Below, one piece after another: positions 52,435 to 63,091 of a stretch of 64,000 nt of DNA (position 1 is the stretch's first letter; each line of letters opens with the position of its first letter). Made by a program: the position numbers and the translations under genes. The notes beneath the pieces are model-generated. The model was not told where the DNA came from and did no database searches. It was given only the letters and a program-made list of their open reading frames with translations. Source of the DNA: Cetorhinus maximus (Eukaryota); the NCBI RefSeq assembly GCF_964194155.1, contig NC_135888.1, positions 122,450,001 to 122,514,000 of the forward strand, written 5' to 3'.

Positions 52435-53900
52435 CATGATGTGTGCTCTGCTCGCAGGCAGGTCCTTGGGTCATTGTCTTCTCCTTGTCTTGTCCTGTGC
52501 CAGTCTTTTCACTTTTTAAAAACGTCCTTCAATTTTCAAGCCATCCAGTATTGATAATCTCTTGCTTCTTCTTCTTCCTTGAAATCTTCCTTTCATGTCT
52601 CTTACTGGTCCATTTCCTCTGAATGCGCCCTGCCCAGTCTAACTGTTCCTTAATACATTCAGCAAATTTCTTTGTTCGTTCCCTCTCCTCAGCATTTCAT
52701 TTGTTACTATTTCTATCCATTTGATCCTTTCCATTCTCTCCAAACTCACTTTTCAAAACTAATTAGCAAATTGGTCTCTTTTTCCGTAAGGTCCACGTCA
52801 CACATCCATACAAAATACTCCAAATCAAGCTCCTTAAAGGTCTCTTATTGAGTTATTTATTCAGCTTTCCGGTTAGCAACCGTTTCGTCTCACTTAATAC
52901 AGCCTTTCCCATTGACATCTTGTTCTTATTTCTTTGTTGTATCTTCCACCTGCAAATATTATGCTTACTAAAAGCAGAGTTGATTAAAATATGGGAAAGG
53001 TTGTAACATCAATGTTACATTCAATGTTTATTAAGCTGTGCAAAGATATTTACTTATCAGGAGAACAGCCAGAGGACTTCATGCAGACAATAATGATCAC
53101 CCTAAGAAAGAAGCCAAAGGCATGCTGATGTTCTGACTTTCATACAGTCTGATTGCCCTTGTATCGAACGTTATGCTGAGAATTATAACAAAAAGAGTGG
53201 GTGGGAAGACACAGAACTACATCAGAGATGACCAGTTTGGATTCCAGAGAGGAAAAGGGATAAGTGACGCAATCGGTATTGGAAGATCGATGAGTGAATG
53301 TAGTTTAGAAATAAGTGCTGGAAATACTCAGTGGATTTGGCAGCATCTGTGGAGGCAGAAACAGAGTTGAATATGACTTCTTCAGAATGCAATTTAGACA
53401 AAGTATATTTTTGTTTTGTAGATTTTGAAAAAAGCACACAATCAGGTTGACTGCATCTTGGCAGCGCTGAAAGACATTGGAATAGACTGGTGAAATAGAC
53501 AACTCATAAGAAATCTGTACACGGGACAAGCATTAACAGTGAGTAGGAAAAGGTGTAATTGGAAGGAGTTCAACAAGGACATTTTTTTATCACCAGTCCT
53601 CATCAATGTCTATGCAGAAGAAATGATTAAAGGAGCTTTTGTAGAAGCAGAATCAGGTGTTAAGATTTGGGAGGAGGGGATGGGGGTGCGAATGATAACA
53701 TCAATTAGATTTGTAGATGACAAAGCACTTCTAGCAAGCACAGGAGGATTACAAGAACTAATAGAGTATTAACAGCAGGCGTGAACTTTGGAATGAAAGT
53801 GAACATCAGCAAAACCAAAGCAATGCACATCTCAAAATCACCAAGAAATATTCATATATCCATAGAAGGAAAAGATCTAGAACAGATGCAAGAATATTAA
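52435..53900. mobile_element. RTE-clade LINE with inverted 5' portion (minus 52435-52970, plus 52972-53900)
   Basis: Plus strand: DQFGFQRGKG, CFVDFEKA, LSPVLINVY, IRFVDD. Minus strand: (YL)GSII..GRYNKEIRTR and a MERIKW-like RTE C-terminus. Confidence 0.75.
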
Positions 53901-54109
53901 ATAATATATAAATACACAAGAAAGTGGCATATTTATAGACCTTGTGTACAAAACGACAGTTGCAACATGATGTGCCTAAGTAGGGTTGTTAGTGGGTCAT
54001 GCTGGTAAGAAAGCTGTTTTGTACTTTTTTGGTCTGCCACTGTGCTGTCACTTCCTGCATGTTGATTTCTGGTTCAGCTACCTGGTTAATCCTGCTAATA
54101 GCATTTAAT

Positions 54110-54385
54110 ATCTGCACTCCTCTAATTCTGGTCTTTTGAGTATCCTCCATTTTAACCACTCCACCATGGATGGCCGTGCCTTCGGTTGCCTAGGCCCGAA
54201 TTTCTGTAATTCCCTACCCAAAACTCTCCATCTCACTTTCCTCCTTTAAGGTACTCCTTAAAACCAACATTATGGTCATCTGCCCCAATATCTCTTGTTA
54301 TGTGGTTCAGTGTCACGTTGCTTTATAATGCTCCTGTAAAATGCTTATTATATTAAAATCACTACAGGCATACAAGTTGTTGTTA
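54110..54385 (+). mobile_element. L2 3' end
   Basis: Similar to the other L2 tails. Confidence 0.65.
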
Positions 54386-54729
54386 AGTCAAAATTCTACT
54401 CAGTAGCTTACTTTTCCTGTCCAGGACTTTCAACTACATTCCTACAGGCAGCTAACAATCTCAGAAGTAACCTTTGTACCCTTGGGACATTGCTTAACTC
54501 GAGCAGACTGGGACCAGAGATGGGTGTGGGTGGGGAGGGTTCTTGCTCAGAGCCTTCTTGCTACATTCGCCGATAAAAGGTCCTTCAAAAGATGTTTTGA
54601 TGCAGGAAGCTGAGATTTTCTTTAATTGCTGGTGGCAATTTTCTTTTCCTCCTAATGCCGTAGCTTCATTCAACCCATCCACTCCCTTGTTCCTTTCCTT
54701 CCTTTGTCAACCACACTTCTCTCTCTCTG

Positions 54730-54854
54730 TTTATAAATATTATACTATATAATATATATATTACTTTCTTAAAATACTGCCCAGCTTAGATATATATGCA
54801 CATATACACATATATATTCACATAAACCCTAAATATATTATCTCTCTCTCTTTC

Positions 54855-54888
<34 letters not shown>

Positions 54889-54900
54889 TATATATATAAA
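54730..54900. repeat. (TA)n/(CA)n/(TC)n microsatellite cluster
   Basis: Direct inspection. Confidence 0.85.
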
Positions 54901-55107
54901 AGTGATCAGCTCCAGGGCACTATTACATCAACGCCCACAGCTGACTCCAACTTGGCCACGTAACCAGGGTAACACACTAAAGCCGACGCCTCTACACGCG
55001 TCCGCCCCTCAGACACCTCGGCTTCTTTAAACTGCGGCCGCCGTTTCCCGTACGAAACCATTTGCTTTTTTTCTCTCCCCCCGCCCTCTCTCTCTCTCAC
55101 ACTTCAC

Positions 55108-55132
55108 CTGGTTTCACGAACAGATCCGACAT
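55108..55132 (-). CDS. SRA1: SRA1 exon 1 coding part (MSDLFVKP), giving a 213-aa protein; an in-frame upstream ATG at 55192 would give 233 aa
   Basis: Matches the recalled human MAELYVKPG. Donor CAG|gtgaag. In a CpG island. Confidence 0.88.
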
Positions 55133-55139
55133 TTCACCT

Positions 55140-55300
55140 TCGTCCCTCCTGCTCCTCCTCCTCCTCGTCGGCTGCCCAGTCTCCGGCGTCATGGCGTCAC
55201 TTCCGTCAGCAGGCGGAGGCACGTCACAGTGCGTCAGCAGGCCGGAAGTGTGGACGCCATGGGCGTTGCTCTCAAGAGAGCCATTGATTTGACTAGTGTC
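55140..55300 (-). promoter_or_regulatory. SRA1: SRA1 CpG-island promoter / 5' UTR
   Basis: CpG-rich. ETS/GABP motifs ACTTCCG (~55199) and CCGGAAGTG (~55242), three CGTCA half-CRE sites, CGCCAT motifs. Confidence 0.65.
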
Positions 55301-55893
55301 GTTCTGCAGTGGTGATCGTGAGGAAGAGTCATACGGACTCGGAACGTTAACTCTGTTTCTCTCTCTCTCTCTCCACAGATGCTGCCTGACCTGCTGAGGT
55401 TTTCCCACCATTTCTGTTTTTATTTCAGATGCGCAGCAGCCACAGTATTTTGCTTTTACATTATTGTCGTGCTGCAGTGAACCGTCCAACTGCAATGCGC
55501 AGATTTACAATTTAACTGAGATGCAATCACTGGATTGCCACTGCTGCAAACTACAACTTAATATAGATTATCATCTTAATTGACTTTCTCTGTATCCTCT
55601 TATGAACTTTAATATGATTCCCATGGTTGATCAAAAAGTTTTTTTTGCAATCTTGGTGGCTGATTTGACTCAGAGGTGGGCTTCAGACTCCAGTCCACCA
55701 CCAGGGCTCTCTATTTCCACCTCTGGAATATCACCCATCTCTGACCATACCTCAGCTCATCTGCTGCTGAAACCCTTATTTCATTGATGTCTTTGTTACC
55801 CCTGGACTTGACTATTAAAATGCTCTGAAAACATAGAATAGTGGAAATAACTAAAAATCAGGCAACACCTGTGGAGAGAGAAATTGAGTAAAC

Positions 55894-56334
55894 GGGCAGG
55901 ATTTTAGTTTTGGACACAGGACCTTGATGGCAGACACATTTCAAGATCCCAAACCCCCATTGCATTGGTGTCTGATGCCTGATGCAATTTTTGAAGAGCA
56001 GGCCAATTAGTGGTCAGTGAACACACTTGCCATCCAATTAAGGACAGGGATGGACTTCTGAGGCTGGAGGACCTCCTATTGGACCTTCAGCCCTGAGAGG
56101 TCAGCAGCTCTGCCATCAAACGTGGAATCTGCCGAAGTAGATGGAGAGAGAAGACTCTGCCAGATGATATCATCAGAGTGGCCTTGATGCCTAAGTAGCT
56201 ACTTGATGCTTACAGGCAGGTAGCTGTTCCCCCCAAGGAAAACCAGGATTTTCCAAAATGGTCCAGAGGCATGATGGCCAATGGCAGGAAATTGCAGGCC
56301 CATCTGCCTCTTCAATCGTTTAAAGATTTTGCCC
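55894..56334. mobile_element. Harbinger-like MITE inserted into a Penelope-derived element
   Basis: Ends GGGCAGGATTTT and AAGATTTTGCCC (9/12 match). 3-bp flanks AAC/CAC. Host resumes with ATTTCAGG. Confidence 0.5.
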
Positions 56335-56744
56335 CACATTTCAGGCAAAATGCTGCCTGACCCACACTAAAATGTCCATTTTCCACACCAGCTTGATGAG
56401 ATTCTCAAGGGCAGTTAGGGGATAGACAATAAACACTGGCCTCACCACTGACACCCACATATCATGAATGATTTTTTAAAAAATGCCGATTACTACTGAA
56501 TTACAAGGTTTTCTATTGTATGCAAATACCACGAGGAACTGGATTGTAGCTTTCCAGGCTTATATTGCACACAGAACTTACAGCCTGCAGACAAAAAAGG
56601 TTTCATCCCATTAGCCTGGGTTGAACTTGAGCTCAAGTCCCAGAGGCGAAAAGCCAATATCTCAACCTCCACATCACTGAATTTTCCATAACGTGCACAA
56701 CAATGAGAATTACACAAGGACAATTGATTCTGATTTTATTATTT

Positions 56745-57354
56745 GGAGACGGTGGTGTAGTGGTTATGTAACTGAATTGGTAATCCAGAGGCCCAGGCTA
56801 ATGCCCTGGGAACATGGATTTAAATTCCACCATGGCAGCTGGTGGAATTTAAAATTGAAGACAGATGTTTAGAGCCTGGTGCCAAGGTTGCTGATTCAAG
56901 TAAAGCAAGCATGTGGCTTGCGATGTTTAGCTGCAATCCTAAAATGGTTATCGACACACTCCAAGATGAATTCAACTAGGGACACTTTCTCCTGTAGCAT
57001 TACAGCCTTGCCTCGTTCAGGGCCTATCACTTTAATTTAATTTGTTAATTTGATCAATTAGTCCACTTTACTGTTTCAAAGCTAAAGAGTATAAAGTTAG
57101 TCTCAATAATGGTCACCATGAAACTATCATTGATTGTTATTAAAAAAAACCCATCTGATTCACTAATGTCCTTCAGGGAAGGAAATCTGCCATCCTTACC
57201 TGGTCTGCCCTACATGTGACTCCAGGCCCACAGGAATATGGTTGACTCTAAAATGGCCTTGAAAACCACTCATTTCAACGGCATTAGGGATGGACAACAA
57301 TGCTGGCTTTGCCAGCAATGTCCACATGCCATGAAAGAATAAGGGGGAAAAAAA
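56745..57354 (+). mobile_element. Bipartite SINE: tRNA head and 5' UTR of the 19219 LINE fused to that LINE's 3' tail, with an unrelated insert at about 56860-57085
   Basis: A box TGGTGTAGTGG. AAAACCCATCTG.TTCACTAATGTCCTT.AGGGAAGGAAATCTG is shared with 19343-19390. ...CCACTCA joins the tail ...GGCATTAGGGATGG near 57275. Confidence 0.8.
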
Positions 57355-57484
57355 TGGCTATGGTGTATTTTAAATCTAAAAAATTAAACTCTCCAATGAC
57401 TCAATCTTCACTAGTTGATCTGAAAGAATATAAATCATTGAAGCCAAGTGAAATACTACAACTCTTTTCAATAATTATTATATT

Positions 57485-57645
57485 GCCTTCTTAGTAGCAC
57501 TGTGGATGTACCTACGCCACATGGACTGCAGTGGTTGAAGAGGGAAGCTCACCATCACCTTCTCAAGGGCAATTAGGGATGGGCAATAAACGCTGGCCTA
57601 GCCAGCAACACCCGCATCCTGTGAAAGAATAAATAAAATAAAAAA
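57485..57645 (+). mobile_element. 3' tail of the tRNA-headed LINE family
   Basis: Matches 28185-28345. Confidence 0.8.
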
Positions 57646-58139
57646 ATGCACTTTCAGGATGTTAACTATAGCAGCCCAAGAAACAATATTTTAATATAAG
57701 CCCCAATTCTTCTGTTGCATTGAACGGTATTAATCCTCTACAGAAGACCGAGAGGATTGTGGTATACTAGGTTGAAGGCTCCAGTTAAATGGTATAAAGA
57801 TGATGAGGGAGCTCTATCAGGGCAGTTGAAACTTTATTTTGTAAAAAAAATCAAAATGAACAACCAAGACCATAATTCCAGCAGGAATATTGAAAAAAAG
57901 GAACAGGAATCCTATTTGGGTGGAAAGCTGCAATATTGTATTACCAACTGGAATTCTCACAGCACCATGGCATGGCACTGCACACACAACTGAACTATTT
58001 AATAATTTAAAAAAAAACAAAGACAACAAAATAACACCATACCTTGCTTTTTATTCCCCAAACTCCTTTAGCCTAAGATTTATCAAGTTAAACAACATAT
58101 TTGGTGAATTCCTCTTATGTTGAAGATCAGAGGCACAAC

Positions 58140-58340
58140 AGCAAAATACTGCAGATGTAGAACTCTGAAATAAAACCAGAACATGCTGGAAATACTCAGC
58201 AGGTCAAGGAGCAGCTGCAGAGAGAAAAAGAGAGTTAAAGTTTCAGATCAGTCATCAACCTGAAAAGTTAACTCTGTTTCTCTCTTGGCAGCTGTTGCCT
58301 GACCTGCTGAGCATTTCCAGCATTTTCTGGTTTCATATCA
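58140..58340. mobile_element. Head-to-head (palindromic) pair of short Penelope-derived elements
   Basis: ATGCTGGAAATACTCAGCAGGTCA ... TGACCTGCTGAGCATTTCCAGCAT form an inverted repeat. Confidence 0.75.
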
Positions 58341-58534
58341 AAATTGTCAGGCAACTGTTCAGATCAACCTAAACCAGAACAAGTCAAAATATTGGTGCAA
58401 GATTTCGCAGAATGTCCTAATAATTTAGAAACGCATACCCGAATTAAACATACCATAAACAAGAAATATATGAATTCTTGTGCAGAATTTTATTTTTGAA
58501 GCAGTAAAATTCATTTTAAAGCTCACATATCTGT

Positions 58535-59511
58535 GGCCCAGAATTTGCTGGAGACAGGCATTTTGTGGCCAACAGCACGAGATGGATTTTCCTCCTCAAC
58601 CTTCGTCTCCAATTATTTTAGCGCCGCAAATCACTGGAATCAATTATGACACGCCAACAGCAATATGGTAAACTACATGATCATCTTACAGGGACAGCGA
58701 AAGAAACAGGCCAAAAAAGTGGGGGTGAACGCTCTGCCTGCCTCTCTTCGGCACCTGGGTAGCCCTGGAGAAGGAGCGCACAGTTTCCATCAGTACGCTT
58801 CAGGCCTTCCCTGACCAGTGGGCACTGCAAGGACTGCACTGTCGAGACTGTAGCTGATATTCTGAATTTAATTACGTTTCCTTTATTTTTAAAAACAAAA
58901 GATCAGTTTTTATTGTTTATGCGCCTCTTTAAAAAAAGGGGGCACTTTTGTCAAATTTACTTTATCTTATTGTTTTAGTTAAGAGGAGAAAGAAACAGTG
59001 CATGGCAGAGAAGGGAATAGGGTGAATGTGAGCCAAATTAGGTACAAAGACATAAAAAGAGGAATAAAGGTGGGATTGGGAGATGGAGAAAAGGGACTAA
59101 TGAAAAGCAAACAATTTTAAATATATATATATATAATTTGAAAAGCCTTTGAGGACAATTTAATACTCATAGGAGTTGAGACTCCAGTCTTAATTGTTCT
59201 CTTTCTGAGTTTCCGAGTTTGAGTGCCCCATTTAACAGGGCTCTGACGTGAAATAGCTGCCGAACTCTAAGTGGTGTGTTTCATTACATTTACGGTACAA
59301 ATCCAGCAACTTTTTGAAATTCAAGGGGAGGGTGACAGCAAGCTCCTGTTTTTGCAAGGCCAACAATGGTGCATTTCAAATTGTCCAGCAATTTTTGGCA
59401 GTTCACAACTCATGGCATATTTCTTCCTCAACACAAATTCCTGGGTTATTTAAACACCAATAACAGTGTGCTTTGTGAACTTGCCCTTATTTTCCCAGCA
59501 AGTTTTGGGTC
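58535..59511. mobile_element. Harbinger-like MITE downstream of the NUDCD2 stop
   Basis: TIRs GGCCCAGAATTTGCTGG and CCAGCAAGTTTTGGGTC (14/17 match). No clean TSD. Confidence 0.55.
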
Positions 59512-59623
59512 ATTAAGTCCTTCATGCGCTTCAAAGGCTTGTCTTCTGCGCTGTTCTTCTCAAAGTACATTAATGCTCTGTAGGAGCAACTCAGTCACCA
59601 CTTTTCATGTCTTTAAGTCTTCT

Positions 59624-59707
59624 TCACTTTCCCAGATTTGAGAAATCTGGACCTCCACCAGCATAGTTTCCAGAAATGTCAGCTCCACTAAAGTCAAAGC
59701 CGGGATG
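59624..59707 (-). CDS. NUDCD2: NUDCD2 last exon (HPGFDFSGADISGNYAGGGPDFSNLGK*)
   Basis: Acceptor acacag|CAT. NudC C-terminal PGFDFSGA motif. Total CDS 474 bp = 157 aa plus stop. Confidence 0.95.
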   Translation of the reverse strand, partial: HPGFDFSGADISGNYAGGGPDFSNLGK

Positions 59708-61183
59708 CTGTGTAGGAGGAAAATGAAAGCCCATTATACTGATTAAGTTTTTAAATGTTTGTGATTTTCCAACATGAATAATCTTCAGTTTCCAGTGTGA
59801 TCTCCAGAAACATCTTTCTTTGTCACAATGAAAAAGGCTTAGCCTGCTGAAAAATGTCAATTCGCAGCAGGGATAAATGATTGATTAACTTTGGTGGGAT
59901 GGGTAGGGGCCTGTTGTGGGGTGGGGTGTCAAGAGTTGAAAAGTCAAGCAAAATTTCAGCTTTGTGACCTCTTTCATTATTTGCCTTGCTATATTGTTGC
60001 TTTAAATCTCATCCTCAGTATCAAAGATTCCAACTCCTCATCTCCAAAGTACTTTTTTCGTCTCAAAGTTATCCCCTTCACGTTTCTGAAATACCATGTC
60101 TACAACCACTTGCAAGCATCTGCCTCACATCCCCCAATCAGTGTCAGTTTATCCATCCTGTCTCTTATGTTGTCCGTTTCAATTTTTCCCCATTTTGTTA
60201 AGGAAATTGTAACTTTTCCTCTTTTCCACCTTCTCCACACTCTCCCTGGCTGGAAGGGGCAGTCAAGTGATCAATTTTGACATCTTTGCCTCCAGAGTAA
60301 TGCTGCTGCCCAACAATAGCAAGTTCCACCCTGCCAGTTTTTCTCGCCTCTCCATGACATTGTCATTTTCTTAGAGAATAGTACATAACATAAGCTCATA
60401 CATAGAAGAGGATAAAGGGGAAATACCACAGACCACCTCTGGTATTTCAGTCAAGTGGCCATTCTTCACTCTGCGTGTTGTCACTGTTAGTAGGCTACTG
60501 ACCAGAGAATATTGCAGCCACTCCATCAATTTAAAGTTATAATACTTTCAACTCTTAGTATTGCACCTTGCTCCCAAAAAAGGATAATTTCCAATCTTTA
60601 GTGCAGTGCACTTCCAGAAGAATTGCAAAAGTCAAGTCATGCTGCACAGGCACAAAGGCACTGATAGAAACAATGGGCGTGATTAGTGAAATTAAGAAAT
60701 TACAAAAACAGTATGTCTGATTATTAAGATGCAGACATTTATAACTATTTTCTGAGGCAAGCTTAGCTTTTTGGCCATCAGAAGCTTTTGTAGTTAGTGT
60801 ATTCTGTTACTAACTTGTCTACTTTACATCTTCTTCTCATCATATTTATTTAAGACCCTAGGCAACAGAACAGATCCAGTTGTAACCTGCTGATATTACC
60901 CAACCAGGGAACTTTATTTTGCAGGGTACTTTAGTGTTCAATTGTTCTGTATTTGATTATGTGAGTCTGATTACCGTTGATGTTCACTGTACTTGAATGG
61001 TTAAGCTTGGGTGTGGAATCAAAGAAATGTGAATAAAGTTGTAGAAAGAGCTGGAAGCTAGAGCTAGAAGTATGGAGCAGACATTTCTAAGCACTGTGAA
61101 TAAAGCCTGTTACAGTCATAGAAACTAGTGTTATCTCTGCACATATACAAGATACAAATTATGCAACAGGTACCATTACTCAC

Positions 61184-61335
61184 CTCCCGTTGGAACCTTT
61201 CCAGTGTGAGTTTCTTCTGCATTTCATCTTGCAGCAAGGGGTCAGCATTATACTGCCCTTCCAGCAATGAAGGCCAGCAGTTCCCAGCTTCTCGGTTACT
61301 TTTCCTCAGCACAATACACACCTGTTTCTTGTCCT
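61184..61335 (-). CDS. NUDCD2: NUDCD2 coding exon 3 (EDKKQVCIVLRKSNREAGNCWPSLLEGQYNADPLLQDEMQKKLTLERFQRE)
   Basis: Acceptor gacag|AG, donor GAG|gtgagt, 152 bp. Confidence 0.95.
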
Positions 61336-61539
61336 CTGTCAGAAAGTATATGTTTTGTTGGAGGCGGAAGAAAATAACAGTTGAAAATATATATTTCTAA
61401 ATTCCCTTATTTCTTTAGTCCTTTAAAAATATTTTGTTTAGATACAGAGTGGAGGGGTATCACATGTTCTCATACTGAAATGCTAAAGGCAGAAAAAGCT
61501 TATCATTTTTAAAGGTAACATTTTAAGATTGTTCCCTAC

Positions 61540-61588
61540 CTAGTGTCCAGGTTCCTTCATCAGAAACAGTAGAATCATAGAGTTTCCC
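61540..61588 (-). CDS. NUDCD2: NUDCD2 coding exon 2 (GKLYDSTVSDEGTWTL)
   Basis: Acceptor ttttcag|GGG, donor G|gtaggg, 49 bp. Matches the recalled human GKLFDSTIADEGTWTL. Confidence 0.93.
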
Positions 61589-62505
61589 CTGAAAATCAAG
61601 TGAGATTCACCCATAACAATCAGGATTAAATTTACGAAAGTTGACAATTTTCTCCTTTTTAATTTTACACATCATGTCATTTCGACTCAATGACAGCAGT
61701 CTTGCTGGAGTCAGAAATTTTTGAGTTCAAGGCCTAGTCGAACACACAATAAACCATTTCAGTGCAGTATTAGAAGATTGCTGCATTGTCAGAGGTGCTA
61801 TCTTTCAATGATAACACTTTATAGCTGGCTATGAAAGATTTTAGGATGTTCAAGAGAACATGAAACACTATCTGAATGCCATTTTTTTTCTTTTTTTACA
61901 TGCAAGTAGTATAGCACTCTATATAGTTTACATGCCATTACATAATAATCCACGTCATGCACTTATTCAAACAGTCTCTTTAAAGAATTACTAGATTCCT
62001 CTGTATATGTCTAATTATACAAGTAATCGTACTCAATCTTTAGCCTGTATGGTTGCCACCTTTTGCCAAGTCTAAAACAGATTAGAGCTCAGGATCAAGG
62101 CTGGAGTTCCAATGAAAATTCTCATGAACAACTAATGTTTCCCAAGATAAGAGAGGTGGGAAAAATATAGTATTTTAAAATAAGAACAGAACATTGGGAA
62201 ATACACAGCATGCATGTCAGAATCTGCAGAGAAAAATGTTTCTTTTTTCAGTATTTCAATAGTCTTGTCCTGTTTCAATATCAGGTTGTCAATTCAAAGC
62301 CTCGCATTTCTACCTTATCTCCCTATTAAGAGGCGGGAGCTATTATGTCAGATCTATTATCAGAAAAGTGAGATGACAAACCTATTTAAACTGACACGTG
62401 TGTTCATTTAAAAATGAAATGCATCAACTAGGTTAGGTTTTCAAACCAAAATGAATCAGCCTCATGTGAAGTGAAAGAACCAGGAGAGGTAAGGGATCTG
62501 TTTAC

Positions 62506-62694
62506 CTTCAGCATCTCTTTCCCCTTGACAGACAATGTGATATCTTTACTCCCCAGGCTACACTTGATTTCTTTTGCAGATGTTCCAACTGGAACCTGGA
62601 CATCAATGAAAACTTCTTCCATGGTTTGATACCATTCACCCCATGGGGTCTTACAACGCACGGTCCCACTTCTTTCATCAAAGTGAACTGACAT
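62506..62694 (-). CDS. NUDCD2: NUDCD2 first coding exon, CS/p23 domain (MSVHFDERSGTVRCKTPWGEWYQTMEEVFIDVQVP...KEMLK)
   Basis: Lies within ORF 62428..62694. Donor AAG|gtaaac, 189 bp. TPWG.WYQT.EEVFI motif. Confidence 0.96.
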
Positions 62695-63091
62695 GACTTG
62701 AAAATTAAAAACAGATCAAAAGTACTGCAAACAAGGATATAATTATGTCGAACTATGACAAATGCTAATAGTTGGTCTTGGTAATATCACTAGAAAATTA
62801 TGCAGAAACTAACCAATGGCAGTTATATAACTTTAATAGTAGCTATTCTAAAGGTCGGACACGTTTTATATCTGGATATATTCAGCATTAAACACATTTA
62901 TAACATTGGGATCATTCCTTTACCAGTTTTGAGCTACAGAAATTAAAACCATGTTGAACATTATTTTGTTATTCTGTAGTCATTCCTTTAGTATTTATTA
63001 GCTTCAAAAATTAAAGTTCAACCAAGACATGCATAGAAAACAACAACGGATGGCTAAAGACGCTCTCGTGCATCCAATCTGTCCCACATCT

